Position numbers and translations under genes: made by a program. Of a stretch of DNA of 64,000 bases, positions 23,263 to 31,730 are shown piece after piece (the first letter of the stretch is position 1; every line of letters begins with the position of its first letter). This DNA is from Anaerohalosphaeraceae bacterium. Lineage in GTDB: Bacteria; Planctomycetota; Phycisphaerae; Sedimentisphaerales; Anaerohalosphaeraceae. The DNA lies in NCBI GenBank assembly GCA_963675525.2, contig CAXXSL010000018.1:51396-115395 (forward strand), read 5' to 3'. Under the pieces are notes generated by a model. The model ran no database searches, was not told the origin of the DNA, and saw only the letters and a list, made by a program, of their open reading frames with translations.

Positions 23263-23389
23263 AAATAAATCCCCTAAAATATATCCGCTTTTGCCTTTAT
23301 CATGCCCCCATTTTGTCTTCATCTTTTCTTCTCATAACTTTCTTCATACCTCAATTATTCAGTCATACCGCCACATTTTTCAAGCCGGT

Positions 23390-23420
23390 CTGCTGATGGC
23401 TTTTTTAGGGCCATCAGCAG
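23390..23420 (-). terminator. Hairpin downstream of the PEP-CTERM gene
   Basis: CTGCTGATGGC-9nt-GCCATCAGCAG, extendable by AGCCG/CGGCT; no clear U-tract on the minus strand. Confidence 0.55.
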
Positions 23421-23461
23421 TTTTCGGCTAAAATTCTTACTTACTTAACTCTTTTAACTCT

Positions 23462-24310
23462 TTATTTCCGTTTTCTGAGCATTACCAGAGCACCAAAACC
23501 GAGCAAAGCCATCGTTGCCGGTTCCGGAATCTGGACGCCGATCAAGTCCTCCGCACCAAGCGCCACATCGCTGAAGCGAACGTCATCCAGATAGCCGTTG
23601 ATGTGATCGACAAAGCTGCCGTTGTACCAACCGCGGCCGAAGGTCCAGTTGGAACCGTTCTGCCCCAAAGCATTTTCGGCTATGGTCTGCGCCGACATGT
23701 CAAGCGACCCGACAGAAGTGTAACCACTGCCGTCACCCATATCGATATACATCGTCAGGGCTTGTCCGTCACTGGTAACCGCCAGGCCATACCAACGATT
23801 CGGTCGCGCAACAACGTCACCGTCCAGAATCCAACGCGTACCGCCGACGGTATCGATATTGACGCGGAACTTGTTGTCGATACCGTTGCTTGACAGGTAA
23901 AAATCCGATTCCGGTTCGGCCTGCGAAGAACCGTCGCGACCGATAATCGTCTTCCAACCGTTCGTCTCATACATGAATACCGACGTCTCAATCGTCCAGA
24001 CAGAAGGCGACCAGCTATTGAGCGGCGAACCCGCGGTGTACCCGTCCTGACCGTTGTTCCTGGAGCTTAAGGCGGAACCATTCGGCGTGTAGTCCGACCA
24101 CGACGGACCATACTGCTCATTCCAGCCATACATCATTTCGCCAGCGACAACATCAGCCGAACCGCCGGAGCCGTTAGGCTGGCCGGCCGGTGTAAAGGAT
24201 TGGCCGGCAACACCGTCTTCAAAGTCCCAATAAGCAACGGTTGCGGCATACGATGCCATGCTCATTACCATCACTAACGCTAATACTACTTTCAATACAT
24301 CTCTTTTCAT
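23462..24310 (-). CDS. PEP-CTERM-sorted LamG-domain surface protein
   Basis: Start at ATG 24310 (GGAGG RBS); signal peptide; C-terminus IPEPATMALLGFGALVMLRKRK. Confidence 0.92.
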   Translation of the reverse strand: MKRDVLKVVLALVMVMSMASYAATVAYWDFEDGVAGQSFTPAGQPNGSGGSADVVAGEMMYGWNEQYGPSWSDYTPNGSALSSRNNGQDGYTAGSPLNSWSPSVWTIETSVFMYETNGWKTIIGRDGSSQAEPESDFYLSSNGIDNKFRVNIDTVGGTRWILDGDVVARPNRWYGLAVTSDGQALTMYIDMGDGSGYTSVGSLDMSAQTIAENALGQNGSNWTFGRGWYNGSFVDHINGYLDDVRFSDVALGAEDLIGVQIPEPATMALLGFGALVMLRKRK

Positions 24311-24559
24311 CTTTCTTGCCTCCACAAAACATAAATAAAACATTTTACTTTACATCACACTCTCACGATTCCTTTCTTACGGTCGTCATCCCTGACTCAC
24401 ACACCACACACACACTTCACTTTATACACACTCAACACTCTACAAGAAACAGATCAAAAACAGTCTTTTACTTTTAATCTTCTCCTTTCCGTAACAACAT
24501 CAAACTTTCTCGTTCATGTCAAAGATCGTTCTATTAATCAAAACATCAATTTATTTCAA

Positions 24560-26239
24560 TTATTCCAACACCAATACCGGCTTGGCAAATACGCACCAGT
24601 CGCTGTCCATGTTCGTAACAATCCCATTTCCAAAAATTCGCGATTCCGGATCGCCGCCGTCGGTCGTGACAAGCGTCAGAAAACGGTCATTTTCATAAAG
24701 CTCAATATCAACCGTATCAATGATTCCTTTTTGCTGAACATTTAGCTTCCGGTAACGCACCAGCCCATCCACCAGTATCCAGAAATCCGCGTTACACGGA
24801 CGCCATGATGAATCACTGATCCCAATGATTGACTGAAAACGGGTAACCCGCGCACCGGCTAATTGCGAACGAATTGCTTTCAGATCGTACGTGATCCCCA
24901 GATTGGCATGGAGGAATAAATAGGCGGATTCGCTCTGACTGTAATTGACGTCGCCCAACACAATTTCTGCTCTATCGATGGTCTTAGGCGCACTGGAAAT
25001 TTCCGTGTAATAATTCCCTTGAGTGACCGGACATTCCGAGAAGACATGCCCCCGCGAACTGATGATTTGATCTGTCCGCCCGTTGGGAACAAAAACCCCA
25101 TCAATGTAGGGATTCAATTGTACGCTGTGATAAGCATTATCAGCTTTTCGGCTCACTGCTGATTCAGAGATGTCGGTCATCTCCCCCGTAGCGGGATTCA
25201 AGCCCTGATTACGCAGACCCGTTTCAAACCCATTGCCGCCCCCGGCAATATCGGCCAAATCAATTTTATCCTGCCCTCTCCAGATACAATTCGATTTGGA
25301 GTTAATATCGCGAACAAAAAGATCCGGTTTACATGCAATATCTAAAGTTTCTCCGGTATCACCGGAAACCATCCTGGCAGATCCCTTACCGACTTCTTCA
25401 TTGGTTTTGTTGTTCTTCGAATCAGTCACCAATATGGTTTTACCTTTAAGGACATACAGTTGCGTATTCCCGCCAACTTCAGCTTGCACACCAAACTCGG
25501 TCCCCATATCGATAATTTTAGTATTTTGGGTGTAAACAGAAAAGCCGGTTGCTTCTTTCGGAACTATCGCATATACCTTGCCGTAAGTCAGGCCGATCCG
25601 GTCATCGGCAAGGATCTGAAACTCAGCGGGTGCTTCGATGACAACCCTGGCATTTGTGTCGAACTGCAATTCCGCCAATCCCTCACGCAACAGCAAGAGT
25701 GACTTGCCGGCGTAAAGGCGTTCTCCGGCCTGCATCGACATGTCTCGGTCTGCCCACTTGGCATTTAAGGAATCGGTTAGAGTTGCAACCTCATAACCGC
25801 TTCGGACCGGGACAAAATGAACAAATAAGAGCACGAATACTATCGAAGCGGCTACAGCCATCAGCGAGCCAACCTCCCATTTGGTAAACTTTTTCTTGCG
25901 GTTAAGATTATGGTATACTACCTTCTGGATAAGCTCTTGTTGAACGGTCTCCTTCGGCATTGCAACTGGTTCTGCATATCTTTCATCGTCACCCAACTCT
26001 TTTAATAACCGCATATAAACTACCGAATCTTCAGAGGCCGTTTCTTTGGGCTCTAAATCCAACTTACTTGGAGCTGATAATTGAGCATGAAGGCTTGCCA
26101 TACCAATATATAGCTCTAAAGCATCAGGATTACTCTTCAAGTATTCCTTTAGCTCGCTCTGCTCTTCAGGAGAAATCGCTTTTTCCAGCCAGCGAAGCAA
26201 ATAATCGCATATTTTAATTTGTTCTTTGTCTTTTCTCAT
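24560..26239 (-). CDS. FecR-type anti-sigma factor with C-terminal NPCBM-like domain
   Basis: N-terminal anti-sigma helix, one TM segment, EGLAELQF..VVIEAPAEF..DMGTEFGV (FecR), HANLGITYDL..FLTLVTTDGG..DWCVFAKP (NPCBM-like). Confidence 0.85.
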   Translation of the reverse strand: MRKDKEQIKICDYLLRWLEKAISPEEQSELKEYLKSNPDALELYIGMASLHAQLSAPSKLDLEPKETASEDSVVYMRLLKELGDDERYAEPVAMPKETVQQELIQKVVYHNLNRKKKFTKWEVGSLMAVAASIVFVLLFVHFVPVRSGYEVATLTDSLNAKWADRDMSMQAGERLYAGKSLLLLREGLAELQFDTNARVVIEAPAEFQILADDRIGLTYGKVYAIVPKEATGFSVYTQNTKIIDMGTEFGVQAEVGGNTQLYVLKGKTILVTDSKNNKTNEEVGKGSARMVSGDTGETLDIACKPDLFVRDINSKSNCIWRGQDKIDLADIAGGGNGFETGLRNQGLNPATGEMTDISESAVSRKADNAYHSVQLNPYIDGVFVPNGRTDQIISSRGHVFSECPVTQGNYYTEISSAPKTIDRAEIVLGDVNYSQSESAYLFLHANLGITYDLKAIRSQLAGARVTRFQSIIGISDSSWRPCNADFWILVDGLVRYRKLNVQQKGIIDTVDIELYENDRFLTLVTTDGGDPESRIFGNGIVTNMDSDWCVFAKPVLVLE

Positions 26240-26245
26240 AGACTA

Positions 26246-26761
26246 TCACTCCAACGACCTCATTGATTCCTTTGTACACAATTGCAAGAAGTAACAAATA
26301 CGGGCCATCGTTTTATAAAGCCCCTGCACTGGACGTCCCAGGCTCAACGCGATTTGCTTGATGTACATCCCATCTTTATACCGTTTCGAAAGCAGAATTC
26401 GGTCATCATCGCTTAGCCGGTCAATGCATTTTTGAAGAATCTCGATCTTCTCGGCCTTTTGATCATACTGTTTAGTCGTCGTTTCACAAATATAGTTAAG
26501 CTGCTCTTCGGTTAATAAGGGGTGATTTCGTTTTTTCTGTCTGAAGTATTCCAACACTTTATAGCGGGCAATCGTCACTGCCCAATTACTAAAGCTAGTA
26601 CCTGACTGGTAAGAATCGAATCGCTCCCACATAAAAACTGCGGTTTCTTGAAGTAAATCATGGGCAATTTCAACATCATACACCATCGTGAGAATAAACG
26701 AATAGACATTCGACTGATTGTCGACATACAACCTCATGTATTCATCTTTTCTTTTTGACAT
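26246..26761 (-). CDS. ECF-subfamily sigma-70 factor
   Basis: DLLQET..W.RFDSYQSGTSFSNWAVTIARY region 2; region 4 HTH; directly upstream of the FecR gene. Confidence 0.92.
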   Translation of the reverse strand: MSKRKDEYMRLYVDNQSNVYSFILTMVYDVEIAHDLLQETAVFMWERFDSYQSGTSFSNWAVTIARYKVLEYFRQKKRNHPLLTEEQLNYICETTTKQYDQKAEKIEILQKCIDRLSDDDRILLSKRYKDGMYIKQIALSLGRPVQGLYKTMARICYFLQLCTKESMRSLE

Positions 26762-26957
26762 GCTGTTTCCTGCAAATATATGTACTTATCCACTTTAAAA
26801 TGACTTAACGGTTCATAATTGGAGTCCTTTTTTAGAAACTCATCTAAAATTTTTTCAAATTCATTTTTTGACAACTTTTTAAGACATGTCGCATCTTGTT
26901 ATGCTTTGATCTATAGGTTATTACAAGTCATCCAAAAACCCCTTCATGGTTACTTCC

Positions 26958-27116
26958 TGAACCGCGAAACATGGTTTTTCTGCCCCGGCTTAACTCTATA
27001 AGAATCGTATTTAAAAAGACTTAAAGTTAACTTTGGTCTGATAATGACGGATGCAACTCAACAACAAGTAACTGACAAGACAGTATCCACTGCAAATTGA
27101 CGAACTATTTGACGAA
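26958..27116 (-). mobile_element. Degenerate tRNA-Phe-derived att-like scar with tandem arm-like repeats
   Basis: TGAACCGCGAAACATGGTTTTTCTGCC aligns at about 22/28 with the 55.4-kb fragment; TTGACGAA repeated with 12-bp period at 27097 and 27109. Confidence 0.45.
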
Positions 27117-27236
27117 TTATATGTACTTATGACCATCGGATTAATTGTCCGTATGCGTTTAATTATCTAAAAAACTCACTCTCGAACTAGCAATTAAACA
27201 CATTTCATGTTAGCAATATGATATAATGGCCATGGT

Positions 27237-28874
27237 TTAATCGCGGATGAGTTTTTGCGCCGTACGACCAACCGTGAGCTCTATAGATGACAATTCTGCT
27301 CCATCAATTACTTCCGGTGACAGGTTCCAGGAAGGCCTGCTGAAACAGGCTCCTCGCAAATCGATATTGTTAGAGGTACTTTCAGCAACACGTACCCTTT
27401 GAGAATGATCAGCCTTTATCAAGCAGCGTTGCGTTTGAAAGTTCCGGACATTTCGAAGATCAAAAAGCAAATCATCTGCACAGTGAATCTGGCAATCCCT
27501 TAAGATAATTTCTTCTGCATCGGTAAAAGAAATGCCTTTCGGCCCCGTCAAATCAGCATTTTCAATGATCACACCCTGAATGGGACTTTCGGGAATTCCT
27601 TTGGCGCGTAAAATCGTGTTGCTTGCGACACCGACAATATTTCGAATCGTAATGTCCCGATAAAGCGGCGTCAGCGACGTCAATTCCAGTTTCGGCAATC
27701 GTTTTGCTAAATCGCCGACATATATCGGTTGGCCGAGCATTTCCCAGGTAATAATCTTTTGCGCCTTAATATCGATATTCTCAAACGTCAGATTCTCGCC
27801 GCCGCCGCCTCGCGGCCGCCGTGTCTTGAATCGAATACCGACATCGACATTTTCATACCGGCAGTTTGAGACATAGACATTGCGTATCATCCCGGCTGTT
27901 TCGCTGCCGCAGGTAATGCCGCCGTGACCACCCAGTGAAAGATTGTACCGATGCACCACATTTTCAACAGGACGACGAGTCCGGATGCCGTCCTCATTGC
28001 GTCCGGCTTTCAGGCAGTAACTGTCATCGCCCGTATTGACACTGCAGTATTCAACCAGCACATTCCGAGAGGATTCGATATTGATACCGTCGCCGGTCGG
28101 AATGTCCCCGCTCTCAATCCGCACGCCGCGAACAATAACATTTTCACAATAAACCGGCACAATATTCCACATCGCCGACCGCTCGACCGAAATCGATTCA
28201 ATAAACACGTTTTGGCAGGAAATCGGCGAAACGGAATAGGGTTTATAGTGCATACGTCCCTGCTGCCCGTCGAAAATCCGCGAGGCAACCGGACTGTCGG
28301 CATCAATTACCTTGTCGATGACCGGACGTTTTTTCAGCTTGCGAAGCGGCGCATCGAGCGGGGGGCCTACGATTTTGCCCTCGCCTGTGATCGCAATGTC
28401 ATGTTGATTGTTCGCATAAATAAGCGCGCCGGTACTGTACATTTCAACGCCTTCGTTCCGGCAGAACACCACCGGCAGGTAATCGTCCAACTGTCCGCTG
28501 AAATGAAGTTCGGCATCGTCTGTCAAATGCAGTTCTACGTTACTCTTTAATTCGATGCGACCGGTAAGCCATTTTCCGGCAGGTATTACAACCCGTCCGC
28601 CTCCGGCTTTAGAGCAGGCATCAACAGCATCGTTAATGGCCGTTCGGCAATTGAATGATCCACCGGATTTTGCTCCGAAATCGACGATCGAAATGATTCG
28701 ATCTCCAAAGTCCGGCCGTTTGAAGGACGGCATATAGAATGGGGCTTTGATGGGAGTAATTTCCGAAGGCATGGCAGCAGGTCCAACCTGGTCAATGGCT
28801 GGTATCGCCGCAAAAATGCAAACGCTACTAAGGAAGACAAAACTTAAAATCACAAGAAGGGCTTTTTTGTCCAC
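27237..28874 (-). CDS. GH28 polygalacturonase/rhamnogalacturonase-family enzyme, exported
   Basis: GTG start, signal peptide; TGDG, GDD, KAGRNEDG, GHGGITCGSE, RFKT motifs. Confidence 0.9.
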   Translation of the reverse strand: MDKKALLVILSFVFLSSVCIFAAIPAIDQVGPAAMPSEITPIKAPFYMPSFKRPDFGDRIISIVDFGAKSGGSFNCRTAINDAVDACSKAGGGRVVIPAGKWLTGRIELKSNVELHLTDDAELHFSGQLDDYLPVVFCRNEGVEMYSTGALIYANNQHDIAITGEGKIVGPPLDAPLRKLKKRPVIDKVIDADSPVASRIFDGQQGRMHYKPYSVSPISCQNVFIESISVERSAMWNIVPVYCENVIVRGVRIESGDIPTGDGINIESSRNVLVEYCSVNTGDDSYCLKAGRNEDGIRTRRPVENVVHRYNLSLGGHGGITCGSETAGMIRNVYVSNCRYENVDVGIRFKTRRPRGGGGENLTFENIDIKAQKIITWEMLGQPIYVGDLAKRLPKLELTSLTPLYRDITIRNIVGVASNTILRAKGIPESPIQGVIIENADLTGPKGISFTDAEEIILRDCQIHCADDLLFDLRNVRNFQTQRCLIKADHSQRVRVAESTSNNIDLRGACFSRPSWNLSPEVIDGAELSSIELTVGRTAQKLIRD

Positions 28875-28983
28875 TTTGTCATATCCTACTGAATGGTTAG
28901 AAAAAGATTATACCCGTATTGTAATAAATATCTTGACAGTTCAAAGAAATTTTATGAGATTGCTACAATTTGAGGAGATCATT

Positions 28984-30075
28984 ATGTATTCTGATTATTT
29001 GAAAATAGCCGTTCTTCATCTGCTGCTTGTTTTCTGCTTCGCCGCGAATGCAGACGTCACGGCCGTAAGTGACCAGGAGATGCAGGCGGTTTATGAGCAG
29101 GTCAAGACGCCCTATAAATATGGTGTCGTTATTGAACCCCCGGAAGGTATGATGGTCGATGGTCCGACGGTTTTTCGGCGAAATGATAAGTGGTATATGG
29201 TTTATTTTCAGCTTGAGAGCGCACCGCAAGGATATACGACTCACTTGGCGGTTAGCGATGATCTGTTGAACTGGAAGCCGCTGGGCGTTATTTTGCCGCG
29301 AGGTCAGGCCAACGCCTGGGACAGCGCACAGGCAGCCGGAGGTATCGCCCTGTGTGACACCACCTGGGGCGGCAGTTATGAACTGAAATCACACGATGGC
29401 AAATACTGGCTCTCATATCTTGGAGGCAGAAATCCGGGGTATGAGACCCCGCCGCTTTCAATTGGAGTGGCTTGGACAGAGGACCCGACCGCGGTGCAAC
29501 CATGGCATCGACCGGATGCGCCTTCTCTGCAACCGACGGATCCGAATATTCGAAATTTTGAAGGGCGTACACTATTTAAAAGCTATATCTTCCTCGATAA
29601 ACAACAGACTTTAGGTGCACCGTTTGTCATGTTTTATAATGCTGCTGCCGTCGAGGGCGGGGAACGTATCGGAATCGCCCTTTCTGAGAATATGACCGAC
29701 TGGAAGCGTTTTGGTCAAAGTCATGTCCTGGCCAATCAGTCATCCACCGGCAAGGTTGGTATCAGCGGTGACCCCCAGATAACAAAGATTGGAAAACTGT
29801 GGGTTATGTTTTATTTCGGTGCATTCTGGAAGCCCGGAGCTTTTGATACGTTTGCCTGTTCATACGACTTGGTTCACTGGTCGAAGTGGGATGGCCCGGA
29901 TCTGGTTGCTCCTTCAGAGTCATGGGATCAGAAGTATGCGCATAAACCCTGGGTCATTCAACATAATGGGGTTGTTTATCATTTTTATTGTGCTGTCGGT
30001 GACAAGGGCCGTGTTATCGCACTGGCAACCTCGAAAGATTTGAGAAATAATAGTGGACACGAATATCCCCAATAA
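28984..30075 (+). CDS. Five-bladed propeller glycosidase, GH137-like beta-L-arabinofuranosidase
   Basis: Start moved to ATG 28984 (GAGGAG RBS, signal peptide). VYEQVKTPYKYG, DGPTVFR, WGGSYEL, WLSYLGG..GYE, HKPWVI recalled as GH137 (BT0996 N-domain-like) features. Confidence 0.7.
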   Translation: MYSDYLKIAVLHLLLVFCFAANADVTAVSDQEMQAVYEQVKTPYKYGVVIEPPEGMMVDGPTVFRRNDKWYMVYFQLESAPQGYTTHLAVSDDLLNWKPLGVILPRGQANAWDSAQAAGGIALCDTTWGGSYELKSHDGKYWLSYLGGRNPGYETPPLSIGVAWTEDPTAVQPWHRPDAPSLQPTDPNIRNFEGRTLFKSYIFLDKQQTLGAPFVMFYNAAAVEGGERIGIALSENMTDWKRFGQSHVLANQSSTGKVGISGDPQITKIGKLWVMFYFGAFWKPGAFDTFACSYDLVHWSKWDGPDLVAPSESWDQKYAHKPWVIQHNGVVYHFYCAVGDKGRVIALATSKDLRNNSGHEYPQ

Positions 30076-30097
30076 ACCTGCATTAAGTCATTGGGAT

Positions 30098-31702
30098 TTA
30101 TTTAAATCGTCCAGCATCATTTCTCCGCTTAAAAATATATGACAACACTAATCCTGCAGCCAATATCGTCAATGTTCCAAAAACCGGGATCAAAAATGCA
30201 TGGAAATGATTTTGCAGAGATGCGGGCCAGGATTCTATTCGGGGAGACATCGTCATCCACATGATGACGAGCAATCCAAGTATTACAGCCGTTGCAGCAA
30301 TCGGATTATTTGCTTTTCGGCTGATCAGTCCCAACAAAAACAAACCCAGCATGCCTCCGCCCAATATCCCTGACAGAATCCACCATGCATCCAAAGCACT
30401 GGTCACATTAATCAGCAGCAGTGAAAGACCGGTTCCCAAAAGGCCCCACAGAATGGTCGTAATATAGATAGCAGACATGAATTTTTTTTCAGATGCATTA
30501 CGATTGATAAATCGCTGATACCAGTCGGTTGCCAGCAGGGTCGCAGAAGAATTCAGACTGGTTGAAACGGTACTCATGGCGGCGGCGAAAATGGCGGCAA
30601 TCAACAACCCCGTCACGCCGGGCGGGAGCATGCGGCCGATGAAGTGGGGGAAGATCTTATCGCCAATGTCTTTATCGGTCAGCAACAAAGCCTGCTCGGA
30701 AACTTTCGATGCATACCCTTCCTGCCCGCTGTCGATTCCCTGTTGAAGCAGTTGTTGTTCGGCGACCTGCGTACGAACTTCCTGTAAATAGTCCGGATGG
30801 ACCTTGTAAAAAGAATACAGTCCGGTCCCAATGAAAAAAAAGACGGCCGAGACGGGCAAATAGAGAAGGCCTCCCAGCCAGACACTTTTGCGGGCTTCGG
30901 TGTTGTTTTTCGAGGCGATGTATCGCTGGATATAACTTTGGTCGATGCCGAAATTCTGAAGATTGATGATAACTCCATAAATCAAGACGACCCAGAATGT
31001 TGATTCTGTTAAAGACCCGCCAAAACTTCCCAGGCTGAATTTATGCTGTTCGGCGGCAATTTGAAACAACTGGCCGGGGCCCTCGGGCATATTGAACAGC
31101 ATCAGCAACGCGCACAAAATCGCTCCGGCCATCAATATAATGGCCTGAAAAGCGTCGGTCCATATGACCGCGACAATCCCGCCGACAAAGGTATACACCG
31201 TAACGGAAACACCGGTAATCAATATAATGATCCGTATGTCCCAGCCTAACAGCATACTTAGCGGCAATGCCATCAGATACATCACAACGCCCATGCGCGC
31301 CAACTGGGTCAGAATATAGAAAAAGCTGGCATACATTCTTGCCCATGGGCCAAATCGATGTTCCAGATGTGCGTAGGCGGAAACCTCACCGGTTTTTCGA
31401 TAGTACGGCAGAAAAAATCGAACCGCGATCCATGTTGCGATGGGCATCGAAAGGCTGAAAACAAATGGATTCCAATTCGTTACATAGGATTTCCCCGGCA
31501 GCGCCAGAAAGCTGATACTGCTAAGATAGGTTGCAAAAATGGACAAGCCGCATATCCAGCCGGGAAGCGAACGCCCTGCGGCGGTGAATCCTTCCCTTGA
31601 GCGGCTTTTGCGATAAAAATAAATGCCGATACTCATGGTACCAAGAAAGTAAGCTGCCAGAACCAGCCAGTCAATTGCCGAAAAATGATTTTGCATCCAC
31701 AC
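30098..31702 (-). CDS. Sodium:solute symporter (SSS family)
   Basis: About 13 TM segments; SIFATYLSSISFLALPG, GGIVAVIWTD, DQSYIQRY, AAAMSTVSTSLNS. Confidence 0.92.
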   Translation of the reverse strand: MWMQNHFSAIDWLVLAAYFLGTMSIGIYFYRKSRSREGFTAAGRSLPGWICGLSIFATYLSSISFLALPGKSYVTNWNPFVFSLSMPIATWIAVRFFLPYYRKTGEVSAYAHLEHRFGPWARMYASFFYILTQLARMGVVMYLMALPLSMLLGWDIRIIILITGVSVTVYTFVGGIVAVIWTDAFQAIILMAGAILCALLMLFNMPEGPGQLFQIAAEQHKFSLGSFGGSLTESTFWVVLIYGVIINLQNFGIDQSYIQRYIASKNNTEARKSVWLGGLLYLPVSAVFFFIGTGLYSFYKVHPDYLQEVRTQVAEQQLLQQGIDSGQEGYASKVSEQALLLTDKDIGDKIFPHFIGRMLPPGVTGLLIAAIFAAAMSTVSTSLNSSATLLATDWYQRFINRNASEKKFMSAIYITTILWGLLGTGLSLLLINVTSALDAWWILSGILGGGMLGLFLLGLISRKANNPIAATAVILGLLVIMWMTMSPRIESWPASLQNHFHAFLIPVFGTLTILAAGLVLSYIFKRRNDAGRFK

Positions 31703-31730
31703 TCCCGTATTTACTCATCTAAAACATAAA

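Noticed and set aside
28747..28983. N-terminal extension of the GH137-like ORF
   Set aside because: Overlaps the GH28 gene on the other strand; RBS and signal peptide support ATG 28984.
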